Shown here in pieces: positions 29,143 through 39,432 of a stretch of DNA of 64,000 nt; position 1 is the first letter of the stretch; the number at the start of each line of letters is the position of its first letter. Made by a program: the position numbers and the translations under genes. Below the pieces are notes generated by a model, which was given only the letters and a program-made list of their open reading frames with translations, had not been told where the DNA came from and ran no database searches. Source of the DNA: an uncultured virus (IMG/VR IMGVR_UViG_3300028840_003545) (taxonomy: Duplodnaviria > Heunggongvirae > Uroviricota > Caudoviricetes); IMG/VR virus record IMGVR_UViG_3300028840_003545; one strand, written 5' to 3'.

Positions 29143-29937
29143 CTAAAAACCTGGCTCCATGTAATCGTTTACGTTTAACCCACCCCATCGTTGAATTCGA
29201 TAGTAATCGGAATTGAATGTTCCAAATCCATGTAACGGTCCACGTGTTACTCTCCATTTGTAAACTCTTTTTGGAGTAACAGGACCATCTAATGGGATAA
29301 GCATTCTATTTAGCTCAATAAGTCTAGTTTGAGCTACAATATGCTTCCTTGTTGGATCAGGCCAATCTGCAGGAATTTTTACTATATCACCTGATTCCAG
29401 TCCTAAAGTATGGACAGGTTTATATTGTCCACATCTTTCTCCTATAGTAACTACTGGCTTATCTAAATTCGCACCCCATAATTGCATAAGCCTGGTGTTG
29501 TAATCATAAAACTTCTGCATATACGGCTTACTTCCTGGACACTTAGGAAGCGTAGCGTGACACTGAAGAAAAAATGTCTCAACTAAATAAAAGTCTAAAG
29601 GTTTATTATGTAACCATATTCTTGGATTATCGTTAAAACGATAAATATCCCAACTGTAACCGTATGTTTTTAACGATTTGCTTGGTATTCTGCGAACTTT
29701 TGGTGGTAACCAAGTATTTGGAATTGTTAAAGTCTGACCAACTCTCAGATCTTTAAACATCCAATATAAGTCACCATTTATATTGACTCTTTCTACTGGA
29801 TAATTTCTGTTTGATTGAACTAATTCTGGCCATCTGTTACGATCACCAGTGTATTTTTCAGATATGCTATCTACAGTGTCACCGTAGCGCACTGTATAGA
29901 CATATCTAGCTCCATTTGTGGTTCCTACACAATGCAT
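29143..29937 (-). CDS. LysM-domain protein
   Basis: YTVRYGDTVDSISEKY...LVQSN...LRVGQTLTIP; a second GDIVKIPADWP half-motif. Confidence 0.8.
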   Translation of the reverse strand: MHCVGTTNGARYVYTVRYGDTVDSISEKYTGDRNRWPELVQSNRNYPVERVNINGDLYWMFKDLRVGQTLTIPNTWLPPKVRRIPSKSLKTYGYSWDIYRFNDNPRIWLHNKPLDFYLVETFFLQCHATLPKCPGSKPYMQKFYDYNTRLMQLWGANLDKPVVTIGERCGQYKPVHTLGLESGDIVKIPADWPDPTRKHIVAQTRLIELNRMLIPLDGPVTPKRVYKWRVTRGPLHGFGTFNSDYYRIQRWGGLNVNDYMEPGF

Positions 29938-29950
29938 TCAAATTCTCCAA

Positions 29951-30784
29951 TTAGTCTTTACCCAAACTAATACCGGCTATTAAAACAAGTAAAAATGCTA
30001 AAGAAATGCCTCCGGCTATATAGTAATTCTTATACTTTTCAAAATGCACTTTCGCATCTGAGACATCCATTTCAGATGCGTGCTTAAACCAACCAGCGGC
30101 TATGGGATATCCGGCATCTTCTGCGTCTTTGCTAAACGCTAACATTATTTCAGAAGAATTTCCTGGATTAAAAAGCTCTTTACATGCATCTTGTCTTTGA
30201 TCTGATGGCATACTAGAATCAATATTCATTACACATTCACTCATATCTTTAGGAAATGGTGGCTCATCTGGCGGATCAATTACATGTTCGCCACCGTTGC
30301 CGCCGCTTCTTATATCAGCCATTTGTCTACACCAAGACGCATAAATTGGACTACTACTTTCAGCACTTTTAGCTGCCAAACGAAGTGCGTCGGCAGTTGT
30401 ATTTTCATTTAAAAGAAATTGACAGGCTATTTCTTTATCAATAGAACTTCCAGTGATAGATGAATCTGATCTACTAATACAATCATTCATATCTTCAGGT
30501 AATGAATAATCAGGTTCTTCTATACCTGTACCACTCCTAATTGCATTAGCTTTAGCTCTGCACCAAGAAGCATATTTAACTTGATTGGCTGCTTGCGCCA
30601 TCATAGCCATAGAATCTAGAGCATCTGGAAAAGTATTAGTTAAAAAAGCTTGACAAGCACCCTGTTTAGCCTGAAGTGTCCCAAAACCAGAATCTATATT
30701 ATCCATGCAATCTGTCATATTACTGGGATAATACCATTCCATAGTAGAAAGACTTGGACTGAAAACTAATTTAGGAGAGGACAT
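29951..30784 (-). CDS. membrane protein with three Cys-containing internal repeats
   Basis: P..M.DC...DS.....KQ.AC......A....YASWCR three times, plus C-terminal TM. Confidence 0.6.
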   Translation of the reverse strand: MSSPKLVFSPSLSTMEWYYPSNMTDCMDNIDSGFGTLQAKQGACQAFLTNTFPDALDSMAMMAQAANQVKYASWCRAKANAIRSGTGIEEPDYSLPEDMNDCISRSDSSITGSSIDKEIACQFLLNENTTADALRLAAKSAESSSPIYASWCRQMADIRSGGNGGEHVIDPPDEPPFPKDMSECVMNIDSSMPSDQRQDACKELFNPGNSSEIMLAFSKDAEDAGYPIAAGWFKHASEMDVSDAKVHFEKYKNYYIAGGISLAFLLVLIAGISLGKD

Positions 30785-30788
30785 TTGG

Positions 30789-31583
30789 TTATCTCCTAGT
30801 TAATGCGGTAGTAGGTTCTTCTTTAGATGGCATAAATGCTAATGCTGCCATTATTATCAATGTAACTCCGGCAATAGAGCCTAAAAAGATAGGCCAAGCC
30901 CACCCCTCTTCTTCATTACCTGTCTTAGTTCCTACTTCAGTAGTTGGCTTAATACCTTCACATTGTGGAGGAACCGGTAACCCGCTGAACTTATTATTTG
31001 GAATGTTTACTTCGTATCTCTGCTGAAATACCTTTGTAAACTCATCCAAATTAATATTAGTATTTAATGTTTCAAGATAATAATCTAAAACATCTCCAAA
31101 TGCTCCACCATTTGTCAATACCCACTCAAATTCTTCTTCACCTAAAGGCCAATAATCTACAGCACCTACGCCAGTGCCTCTAACAACTTGAGCTGGTAAA
31201 AGTGTAGCAGTAGAAGTATCACAGTCAAATACGCCAGTTATAGGAATCTTAGGAGAACTACTAATATCTTTGCCTGATTCTATCCAAATCTTCTCATAAA
31301 TATGATTTAATCCATCTTGATACATGGCTACAGCCCACTGCGCTGTAGTTTTAACTACTCCCCAAAATTCTAAATTAGCATATTCTTCTGATAAATCTTT
31401 TTCTACAAATAATTGATACGGAATTGTTACTTCATTTCCTGGATTACTTAAATCAACAGAAAGCATGTCAAGTAAAGATTGTTTTTGAGCTTTACCTTCA
31501 TCAGTGCTTAAGTCAAACACCATGAAATTAGAAGCCTTGACATTAGCCAAAACAGATTCTTCAGTTATTTCCATTTTAATCAC
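30789..31583 (-). CDS. putative virion membrane protein, C-terminal TM
   Basis: WAWPIFLGSIAGVTLIIMAALAFM. Confidence 0.55.
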   Translation of the reverse strand: MIKMEITEESVLANVKASNFMVFDLSTDEGKAQKQSLLDMLSVDLSNPGNEVTIPYQLFVEKDLSEEYANLEFWGVVKTTAQWAVAMYQDGLNHIYEKIWIESGKDISSSPKIPITGVFDCDTSTATLLPAQVVRGTGVGAVDYWPLGEEEFEWVLTNGGAFGDVLDYYLETLNTNINLDEFTKVFQQRYEVNIPNNKFSGLPVPPQCEGIKPTTEVGTKTGNEEEGWAWPIFLGSIAGVTLIIMAALAFMPSKEEPTTALTRR

Positions 31584-32385
31584 CTTCTTCGGCTTCGCAC
31601 AAATCTATTACTAATTCTCCTGCTATACGATAATATCTAGCAGTATTATTAGCAAAAACAAATTGATCTTCACTAGATGCCCATATGGGTAATGATTCAC
31701 CTGGAGGTTGAATTCTAGTTTCTGGATCCGTTTGACAGACAGATGCATAAAGACATATATCGCCTGGTCCTTTAACACTTATTCCTGTATCAGATATGTT
31801 ATTAAAGTTTCTCCATGGAAAACGTAAATCTTTCCACATTGAATAATCACTAATACCATGGCCTGGTGGCTTACCACCATTAGGTGGTTGATAGCCTGGA
31901 CTTAAAACATCTACTGATGTTGGTAATCTATGATAAAGAATACTAGATGCTATATTTCTAATATTTGGACTGTAACCAGGTGGTTGTCCAACTGAAGATA
32001 TAGCCGTATAACGTCCACCTCTTTTTGCAATACTTGGATCCCTTTTTATTAAATGCCAACTTACATTACCATCTGGAAAACACCAGGTAGGCGTTATAAC
32101 TGGCAATTCATAAACATAATTCTGCCCACCCACATCCTCTAGGATTGAAGCTATAGTTAAATATTGTCTTATGCTTCTAACAATAGCAATACAATCCGGT
32201 CCTATCTGCAATCCGCAGAGCCGAATTAAATATCTACTTCTTTGAGTATTTACTTGAGGAGTAGGGTCCGGCGGAAGAACAATGCCTAAAGAAGCGACAT
32301 CGCCTAAAAACGGGGAAGAGCCAACAATTGCTTTAGCTGGATCTCTATTAGAGGTGGAGACTATTACTCTATCGAATCGTCTCAT
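31576..32385 (-). CDS. putative minor capsid/vertex protein (beta-rich)
   Basis: Follows the capsid candidates; alternating beta-strand patterns; no TM. Confidence 0.35.
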   Translation of the reverse strand: MRRFDRVIVSTSNRDPAKAIVGSSPFLGDVASLGIVLPPDPTPQVNTQRSRYLIRLCGLQIGPDCIAIVRSIRQYLTIASILEDVGGQNYVYELPVITPTWCFPDGNVSWHLIKRDPSIAKRGGRYTAISSVGQPPGYSPNIRNIASSILYHRLPTSVDVLSPGYQPPNGGKPPGHGISDYSMWKDLRFPWRNFNNISDTGISVKGPGDICLYASVCQTDPETRIQPPGESLPIWASSEDQFVFANNTARYYRIAGELVIDLCEAEEGD

Positions 32386-32428
32386 TTTATTACCATATCA
32401 CATACAAAAACAAAATTCAACAACAAAA

Positions 32429-33064
32429 TTATCTTCTCTGTGGTGTTGTTTGTTCACATACTTCTGGACATATTCCAACCTTTCTTAAGGCGCATAATGC
32501 TTCTGTATAGTCAACAGCTTTTAGACTACAACCAGAAAGCTCTAACATGTGGATAGTCATGATGACAGTATAAGGAACCTCATCCTGTAGCAAATCTCTC
32601 TTTGTTTTAAAATCAACGTATATATTTTGATCTCTAGTAACTACCCAGGCATTTCCTAGTACATTTGCGCCAGGTGCTCCATTGGTATGTGAAGCAATAC
32701 TCTCAAGGGGAGTAAAGCTATTTGTAATTTTATATTTATCTATTCCTTCTATCCTTACAAACACATCAATGTAAGACTCTAATGCGGCATAATTGTCAGA
32801 CTGCCATTTTGCAATATTACCAGCAAATGCATCTGGACGTCTAATTGTGTATCTTAGATCTCTAATCCAAGCATCTTGAAACATTCTTTCATATAGGGCA
32901 CCAGTTAATTCTTCATCTGCTGCTGTGTCTTCAAAAGTTACTTCTATGTTGTATGCACGTGGTACTAACTGATTCCCTCTAACTAAAAGATATGCTAATC
33001 GTGGATTTAGCATAGCAATCGAACGAATCATATCCATGTTTATCGGCCACGCTACGTTTTCCAT
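32429..33064 (-). CDS. putative small single jelly-roll capsid protein
   Basis: Beta-strand patterns (AYNIEVTF, YIDVFVRI, NIYVDF, YTVIMTIH); strong GGAGG SD; adjacent to the 412-aa candidate. Confidence 0.4.
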   Translation of the reverse strand: MENVAWPINMDMIRSIAMLNPRLAYLLVRGNQLVPRAYNIEVTFEDTAADEELTGALYERMFQDAWIRDLRYTIRRPDAFAGNIAKWQSDNYAALESYIDVFVRIEGIDKYKITNSFTPLESIASHTNGAPGANVLGNAWVVTRDQNIYVDFKTKRDLLQDEVPYTVIMTIHMLELSGCSLKAVDYTEALCALRKVGICPEVCEQTTPQRR

Positions 33065-33175
33065 TTAATCCTCCGATATACAGAGTCAAAGTTTTGTTGT
33101 AATGCTGTCGTAGATAAGGCCGATCAGTTTAGATCGACCCCATCAGCTACAGAACTACAATGATAGCTTCACCAA

Positions 33176-34414
33176 TCATTCCTCACAAGCGTGACAGCTT
33201 AAACCACCAGGCTCGCCAGGTAGTGCGCCATTCTTAACTAGCGAAACAAGATCAGCACAGACTTGAGGTCTAACGAAGAATCCCTTTAGGCCAACGCCAA
33301 TACGCAATCTACCACCAGGAATCTTAGTCCAAGTGCTATAACCTTGTGTCTCAGTTGTTGGATTTTCATCATCCTCGAATAGAGTAATAGGATTAGTATT
33401 GGTAGCGATAGGAGCAATGCAACGTTGCATACACAACTCAGTCAAAAGACGAGTTAGATAAGGAGCGCTTCCATTATTTTTATAGAAGTAGATGCGAATC
33501 TTGGATTCTCTTTCGAGAGGGATAGGACAAGCAAAACGATGCCACTGTTCAATGGTCGGATTCATATACTCGCGACCAAATGCAGTAATATCAACAGGCT
33601 GACGATAAGGTGTAACAGTGGAAGTAGAGCCGTCTGCGCCGCTGAATCCTTGTTCAACGTTAAAGGGGAAGAAGTAACCAGCGTCGGCAGTAGAACCAAC
33701 ACCAGGGATATCACTATTGGTTACGTTAGGAAGTCCAACCCCATTTTGGATTTCATGCAAGCGATCGTTTACTGTTCTGACATACTGAATCCAGTTTGTC
33801 TTAGAATCGCCAAAACCTTCCGGTAGCGCATGACTGCAGCAGTTACCAACGTCTGCAACAGTATCGTCCATAAGGTATTCACCAGTGGACGTATCAGGAC
33901 ACTCAACGCGAATGCGATATGCATGCATAAATGCCCAAACTGCACGCCAAGTAGGATTACCCCAATCAAACTGCGCCTGACAAGCTACTTGATCAACAGG
34001 CAATCCTAAACGCTGCAAGTAAGTAGCTGTGCTACGTAAAAGAGTGGGCGAACCTGGGAATACAGCTAATGCCTCTAAAGCTTCCTGGCCTTGATACCAG
34101 TTACCATCCAATGCTAGAGCATGAGCCTCACCATATGCATAAATACAAATGCCCATCATAACGAATGGAGCATTCATGCTAAGGCCACGAGCCTGAAGAT
34201 TACTACTCGTAACCAAATCACTCTGATCTTCAGCTAGAGGATCATCAACGAATAGATTAATCTCTTGTAGATTAAAAAACTGATACTGACGATCATCAAT
34301 AGGAAGCTCGAAATTAACGAGACGATATTCAACGGTTGGAACGCAATGCGCTGGAGCACTTAAGCATTCAGATAAATTGTCTAGAACCTTACAGGGGGAA
34401 ACTTGCTTTGCCAT
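33176..34414 (-). CDS. putative major capsid protein (large single jelly-roll type)
   Basis: NLF...SNL...G...PF.M.GI and C-terminal I.V.LKG pattern recalled from SJR capsid proteins; GGAGG SD; visibly GC-shifted codons suggest high expression. Confidence 0.45.
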   Translation of the reverse strand: MAKQVSPCKVLDNLSECLSAPAHCVPTVEYRLVNFELPIDDRQYQFFNLQEINLFVDDPLAEDQSDLVTSSNLQARGLSMNAPFVMMGICIYAYGEAHALALDGNWYQGQEALEALAVFPGSPTLLRSTATYLQRLGLPVDQVACQAQFDWGNPTWRAVWAFMHAYRIRVECPDTSTGEYLMDDTVADVGNCCSHALPEGFGDSKTNWIQYVRTVNDRLHEIQNGVGLPNVTNSDIPGVGSTADAGYFFPFNVEQGFSGADGSTSTVTPYRQPVDITAFGREYMNPTIEQWHRFACPIPLERESKIRIYFYKNNGSAPYLTRLLTELCMQRCIAPIATNTNPITLFEDDENPTTETQGYSTWTKIPGGRLRIGVGLKGFFVRPQVCADLVSLVKNGALPGEPGGLSCHACEE

Positions 34415-34463
34415 TTTCTAATCCTCCAAAAAACTCAACACCTTCGATTGGTCTTTAACTCTA

Positions 34464-36320
34464 TCAGCCTGTCTTTTTGAAAAGATGGCCATAAACTCCT
34501 TGTGTACCAACACCTCTAACACCTGTCATTGACGGTGCCGTCTCGCTTCTTAAACGATACTGAAGTAGTGGATCCTTTGCTCTCTCAACTTTTAGCATAG
34601 CAGGAGGCATCTTCTTAACTCTAGCTGCTAGACCTGGATCATATGTTTCACTATCAGGACCTGGAACACCAGGGCCGCTAGGAACATTAGTACCACCTGG
34701 TTTAGCTTCACCGCCTCCATTTTGCATATAACTTGGGATCATGGGATCTGAACATGCGCCATCATCCGCACATGATTTAGAACCGCAAGCACTTCTTTTA
34801 GCTGCAGCAGCTAAAAAACTATGAGCTGGACCACTACCGCCACAACCAGCTGTGCCAACAGGTTTAGTAGCTACTGGACCAACACCTTTTACCGAAGGTA
34901 GTCTAAAGATATTAGGTCTACGACCTACACCCATTACTCCAGCAGTGATATCATTGCCATTACCATCAGAAGCACTTAGTCCTGCATAATCCTGCTTATC
35001 AGGATACAGTCTATTGGATAGAGACTGTTCTGTAGAACTATCTACCTTAAATAGAATAGGCATAAATACGTCTACTGCAACTTGAGTTAAGAATTTAACT
35101 CCAAATGCTAGACCAAAGCCAGCAAAACCAACGCTTGCAATCTGTCTACCTTCACTCTCATCACTGTACATTAGATATGCACCACCAATACCAATGGCTG
35201 TACCTAATGCACTTGTTCCCATGCGCCAAGCATTGGACTTAGTTCTGATAGCCTTAATAGCGTCAGTTCCAGTTAAAGCTGTATCAGCACCTTGTGGTGC
35301 CATAGTGGCTACAAATCTATCTAAAAGATCTGATCCAACAACGCCCAATAGAACGCCACCGGCGGCAGCGCCTACAACTGCAGGCTTAGACCAATCTGGA
35401 TTACTCTTAGAATATACGCGTTTAATCTCAATAACATTTCCCTCTTTCTTACCTTTATACTGCCCAACAGGTACATCGCGACGATATTTGCCACGCTGAC
35501 TTGTTTTTGGCTTTGCCTTTGTAGCAGCACGCTTTTTAGCGGCAGCAGCTTTTCTATGCTTTGCCTCGTAAGCGGCAGCTTGTTTAGCTGTCATTGTTGT
35601 ACCACGACTAGAGCCACGCCCAGCCTTAGCAGCCTTAGCAGCCTTAGCGGCACGAGCTTTAGCTAAGTTAGCTAACTGAGTCTTAGTTGCTTTTGATTTA
35701 GTTACCTTCTTTTTTGGAGCAGGCTCATAAACAAATGCTGGCTTAGACTTGGTTCCCTTTTTAGCAGGACGACGCTTGGTCGCTTTCTTTTTTGGCTTAG
35801 GCTCGAAAGTAGGCTTAATGCCACGTGCTTTCCAGGCCTTTCTTAAATTCTTTAGCGCATTTTCGCGCTTCTGTGCTTTAGTCATTGCCATTTGACTTTT
35901 CTCCATACACTGTTCTGAAAAACCACACCCAGGCTCGGCAGCCATAGGTAATTCACTCTTTTTTTGTTGTTTTATAACAGAAGTAGTTTTAGGAGTAATA
36001 CCAAATTTATTATATGCCTTTAAAATTCTACTTCTAACCTTCTTATACTGATAATCAGTCAGATTGCCTCTTATTTTTTGCTGATTTAATCTAGCCATTG
36101 CATTAATAGTATGACTTCTATCATTGATAGGATATTTACGTACTTTTTTACCCTTCTTATCAAAATAAACCCAAGCAAAGTCAAAATCTGACAGTGCTTT
36201 TCTTTGTTTAGTTGTAAGAGGGACTGGTTCTGATAAAAATACTCTTTCAGACGACTCTGAAGGTGGGCTATTCAAAGCAGACTCTAAACCATAGACGTAA
36301 TCTATATTATCTACGGCCAT
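34464..36320 (-). CDS. DUF6582-like domain + histone-like K/A-rich region + multi-TM domain (putative core/membrane protein)
   Basis: TTKQRKALSDFDFA...RKYPINDRSH..NAMARL; AAKAAKAAKA basic tract; three hydrophobic helices. Confidence 0.6.
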   Translation of the reverse strand: MAVDNIDYVYGLESALNSPPSESSERVFLSEPVPLTTKQRKALSDFDFAWVYFDKKGKKVRKYPINDRSHTINAMARLNQQKIRGNLTDYQYKKVRSRILKAYNKFGITPKTTSVIKQQKKSELPMAAEPGCGFSEQCMEKSQMAMTKAQKRENALKNLRKAWKARGIKPTFEPKPKKKATKRRPAKKGTKSKPAFVYEPAPKKKVTKSKATKTQLANLAKARAAKAAKAAKAGRGSSRGTTMTAKQAAAYEAKHRKAAAAKKRAATKAKPKTSQRGKYRRDVPVGQYKGKKEGNVIEIKRVYSKSNPDWSKPAVVGAAAGGVLLGVVGSDLLDRFVATMAPQGADTALTGTDAIKAIRTKSNAWRMGTSALGTAIGIGGAYLMYSDESEGRQIASVGFAGFGLAFGVKFLTQVAVDVFMPILFKVDSSTEQSLSNRLYPDKQDYAGLSASDGNGNDITAGVMGVGRRPNIFRLPSVKGVGPVATKPVGTAGCGGSGPAHSFLAAAAKRSACGSKSCADDGACSDPMIPSYMQNGGGEAKPGGTNVPSGPGVPGPDSETYDPGLAARVKKMPPAMLKVERAKDPLLQYRLRSETAPSMTGVRGVGTQGVYGHLFKKTG

Positions 36321-36760
36321 ACAAAACCTCTATGATTAACAATGCATGCATCTGGAAGTGCTAAACGGTATGCTTTTCCATCTTTTTGTTTATACAAAGG
36401 TACTGGAAACTCAAAGTCATGATGATATAAACCCTTTTTTCTTTTGCTTCCCTTTTTGCCATAGTAGACGACCGAAACATTGTTGATATATTGCCATGGT
36501 CCTGTAGGAATTTCAACCGTACCTGTAAGTAGCTCAGACTCTTTCACACCAAAATAAGCTTTTGCCGCTTTTTTAACGTTTGAATCCTTGATACTTACTC
36601 TGTTATCAACGATCGAGTAAGGAGCAATGAATAGATCACAACGATGGAGTATCGAACCACTAACATCGTGTACTAGTCCCCATGAGTCTGGAAGCTCGAT
36701 CACCCGACCATTTTCTAGCTGGAGTTTGATCAAGCTTCCTCTAATAAGTAAACTTACCAT
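36311..36760 (-). CDS. hypothetical structural-module protein
   Basis: Intact ORF coupled to its neighbours; YHHDF..P.PLY motif. Confidence 0.45.
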   Translation of the reverse strand: MVSLLIRGSLIKLQLENGRVIELPDSWGLVHDVSGSILHRCDLFIAPYSIVDNRVSIKDSNVKKAAKAYFGVKESELLTGTVEIPTGPWQYINNVSVVYYGKKGSKRKKGLYHHDFEFPVPLYKQKDGKAYRLALPDACIVNHRGFVWP

Positions 36761-37449
36761 TATATATCAATGTAACCTTTTTCTTTTGCCCACATAGAAC
36801 CAAAATAAGTTGCACTAGCTATCGATAAGCCAACTCCAAATACAGCTAAACCAGTTACTATTTTACTCGTAGGTTTGACAGGATGACCATCCCATCCTAA
36901 TTCTATTGCTCGATTGTAATTTTTAATTACATGATCAATGTATCCACAATTTTGAACTAATCCAAACATATTAGGAGAACAAGGTTCACTACTAGGATAT
37001 TTTTTACCAGTACCACAGTATGCTCCACCAGCATTGTATGAAGCTAATATATGAGGTAAATTACCATTGTACTTTTCATACAATTGCTTCAATAACTTAG
37101 TACCTAAATCAACATTCAACTCTGGTTGTAAAAGCTCTTGCTTTGATACTGATTTTCCAGCAACTATCTTAGCTGTACTAAGAATTATCTGCATAAGACC
37201 AAATGCATCTGCATAACTGCCAGCGTTAGGATCTCCCTGACTTTCTTGCCATAATACAGCAACAATTAATGCTGGAGCTACATTATACTTAGCAGCCTTT
37301 TTGTATACTAAATCTCTCCATTTAGATACATTTTTGGGCATTGGATTATCATGTTTGTAAACTCCAATTCCATCAATATAAAGCTGTCCATTCGGCATGT
37401 AATAGTATTGAATACCACTGCATCTACTTTTCATAACATGAGTTTCCAT
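36760..37449 (-). CDS. lytic transglycosylase (SLT domain) with C-terminal TM
   Basis: WQES.G.P.A.S...AFGLMQI...T; L..PELNVDLG; LASYNAG. Confidence 0.92.
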   Translation of the reverse strand: METHVMKSRCSGIQYYYMPNGQLYIDGIGVYKHDNPMPKNVSKWRDLVYKKAAKYNVAPALIVAVLWQESQGDPNAGSYADAFGLMQIILSTAKIVAGKSVSKQELLQPELNVDLGTKLLKQLYEKYNGNLPHILASYNAGGAYCGTGKKYPSSEPCSPNMFGLVQNCGYIDHVIKNYNRAIELGWDGHPVKPTSKIVTGLAVFGVGLSIASATYFGSMWAKEKGYIDI

Positions 37450-37450
37450 A

Positions 37451-38287
37451 TCAGATTAACCCTTTTGATTTAGCAAACATTACTCCACCAGCAGAAACTC
37501 CACCAACTAATAAAACAACACCACCAACAGTAGCTACAGTTTTCCAATTTGCTCCACGCTTTAATAAATTCTGATTGTATAATGGCTTATTACCATCTAG
37601 CTGAGTCATCCAAGGTGATATATAATTTTCTATCAAATTTACACCTATACCAACATGATCAGCATGAGATGTTTTACCATCATAATTACCATATAAAAAG
37701 TTACCATCTCTTTGCCAAATTCCTCCATTCAATTGAAAATTAATATTTTCCAAATCAAACTTGGATAAAAATGGTTTAATTGCTTCGGCGGAAGGTGCGT
37801 ATGGTATAGATGGTGGACCACCAAATGGACTAGTGGTAGCAAACATAGCTTTACTGCCACTACGAGATGCTTCTTTAGCAAATTTTAAGTAACCTTCTTT
37901 TATGCTCGAGCCATAATAACTATCCATAGCTAAAAAACAACTAATCATACCTCTAGATTTAGAATCTTTTAATATAGGATTATTTAATCCATGTGCAGCA
38001 CTAAATCCAGCTAAACATATTTGCGAATAATTATCTTCATCTATTCCTGCAGATTTTAACATTGCAGAAAGCTTACCGTTCTCTGGATATTGAGAGGCTA
38101 AGTTAGCAAAAGCATTTGAGCCTACACACTTTGGTATATCAGACTGTGGAAGTTGCCAATACTTAGAACAATTATAATTAGGATTAACTCCGTGATTGAT
38201 ATTCAAAATATCAGTTGGAGTAGACCATTTTACATTTTTCAGCTTACTTTCTGATACTGGACCATCCCATACAACTAAATGTTTCAT
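37451..38287 (-). CDS. alpha/beta-hydrolase-like protein with C-terminal TM
   Basis: LAGFSAA nucleophile elbow, AMDS, HADH. Confidence 0.55.
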   Translation of the reverse strand: MKHLVVWDGPVSESKLKNVKWSTPTDILNINHGVNPNYNCSKYWQLPQSDIPKCVGSNAFANLASQYPENGKLSAMLKSAGIDEDNYSQICLAGFSAAHGLNNPILKDSKSRGMISCFLAMDSYYGSSIKEGYLKFAKEASRSGSKAMFATTSPFGGPPSIPYAPSAEAIKPFLSKFDLENINFQLNGGIWQRDGNFLYGNYDGKTSHADHVGIGVNLIENYISPWMTQLDGNKPLYNQNLLKRGANWKTVATVGGVVLLVGGVSAGGVMFAKSKGLI

Positions 38288-39417
38288 TTTAACTCACCAG
38301 CTAACAATGAGCCAACGGTTTTGACTCCAGAATACAAAAGTCCGCCAGTTGTAAGAGCTAAGAAAGCATTTGAAACTGCTTTCTTTATCTTCTTATTCCT
38401 TTTCTCCTTCTTTATATCTTCTGGCGTACCTCCCCATTTTTCAGTCCTAAGATATCCATCTTTATCTTCATCTGGAATGGTTACAGGAGGATCTAAAACA
38501 CACCCCTGGGTATTAGAAGCACTACTGTCAAAACCATAAGTAATTACCTGCTTGGCAGCTTGCTTAGATTCAGGACTACCTTCAACGCACAATCCAGATT
38601 TAGGATCAATATTATTCCAATTAGGTACGACTATATTCTCTAATACTGCTGGTAAAACAACTTGAGCTTGATATATATGATCATTAATACCAGTTGGATC
38701 TACATTATCATATCCAAATATATAAAGACCCTTCTGATGAGCAAAATATTTATTGGGAGAAATTGTATAAATAGTTTCTGCATAATTATTAATACTATTA
38801 CCATGTAAATCGATAGGTGGATTATGTGAAACACCTAATATACCATCTGGAACTGGATCAGATGGTGCTAATTCTCCAAATAAAGCATAAAGTAAAGTCA
38901 TAGCAGTTTCTGTTGTAGAAACAAAAGGAGGCTTTATTGAAGAATGTGTTATTATACAATGACGCCTACCAATAGGTAATCCTTCACCCGGATCTACAGT
39001 TAGACTAGCTGCTATCCTAGCATATTCAATCCAAGATGCGATACCAGCTAAAGACCAATTACTTCTATCTTTATTGGCCTTCCCATTGAATGTTGTATGA
39101 ATACCGTCTATAGCTACTGCGGTATCAATGTATGCTGCATCAGCGCTAGTAAGAAATGCTCTAACACCTTGACAGCTTTCAGAGAAACCCAAAATACCTA
39201 CTCTAAGAGGTTTTAGTCCTGGTCTTAATCTCTGAATTACACCTTTAACTGGATGAGGCCATCCATATTTATACAGTTGTTCTGTATATTTGTTCCTACC
39301 TTTTGAAGCTGGCTCTGGAGTAGGCATTAAAATGAATTCAGTGGGACGCGTAAATTGCTTCTTTACGCTATCTGGAAACCCACTATGACCCCAATATATA
39401 AAAACATCCGCTTCCAT
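38284..39417 (-). CDS. alpha/beta-hydrolase-like protein with C-terminal TM
   Basis: ILGFSESC elbow, AIDGIH, THSSI, NDH. Confidence 0.55.
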   Translation of the reverse strand: MEADVFIYWGHSGFPDSVKKQFTRPTEFILMPTPEPASKGRNKYTEQLYKYGWPHPVKGVIQRLRPGLKPLRVGILGFSESCQGVRAFLTSADAAYIDTAVAIDGIHTTFNGKANKDRSNWSLAGIASWIEYARIAASLTVDPGEGLPIGRRHCIITHSSIKPPFVSTTETAMTLLYALFGELAPSDPVPDGILGVSHNPPIDLHGNSINNYAETIYTISPNKYFAHQKGLYIFGYDNVDPTGINDHIYQAQVVLPAVLENIVVPNWNNIDPKSGLCVEGSPESKQAAKQVITYGFDSSASNTQGCVLDPPVTIPDEDKDGYLRTEKWGGTPEDIKKEKRNKKIKKAVSNAFLALTTGGLLYSGVKTVGSLLAGELK

Positions 39418-39432
39418 TTTATTACCTACACT

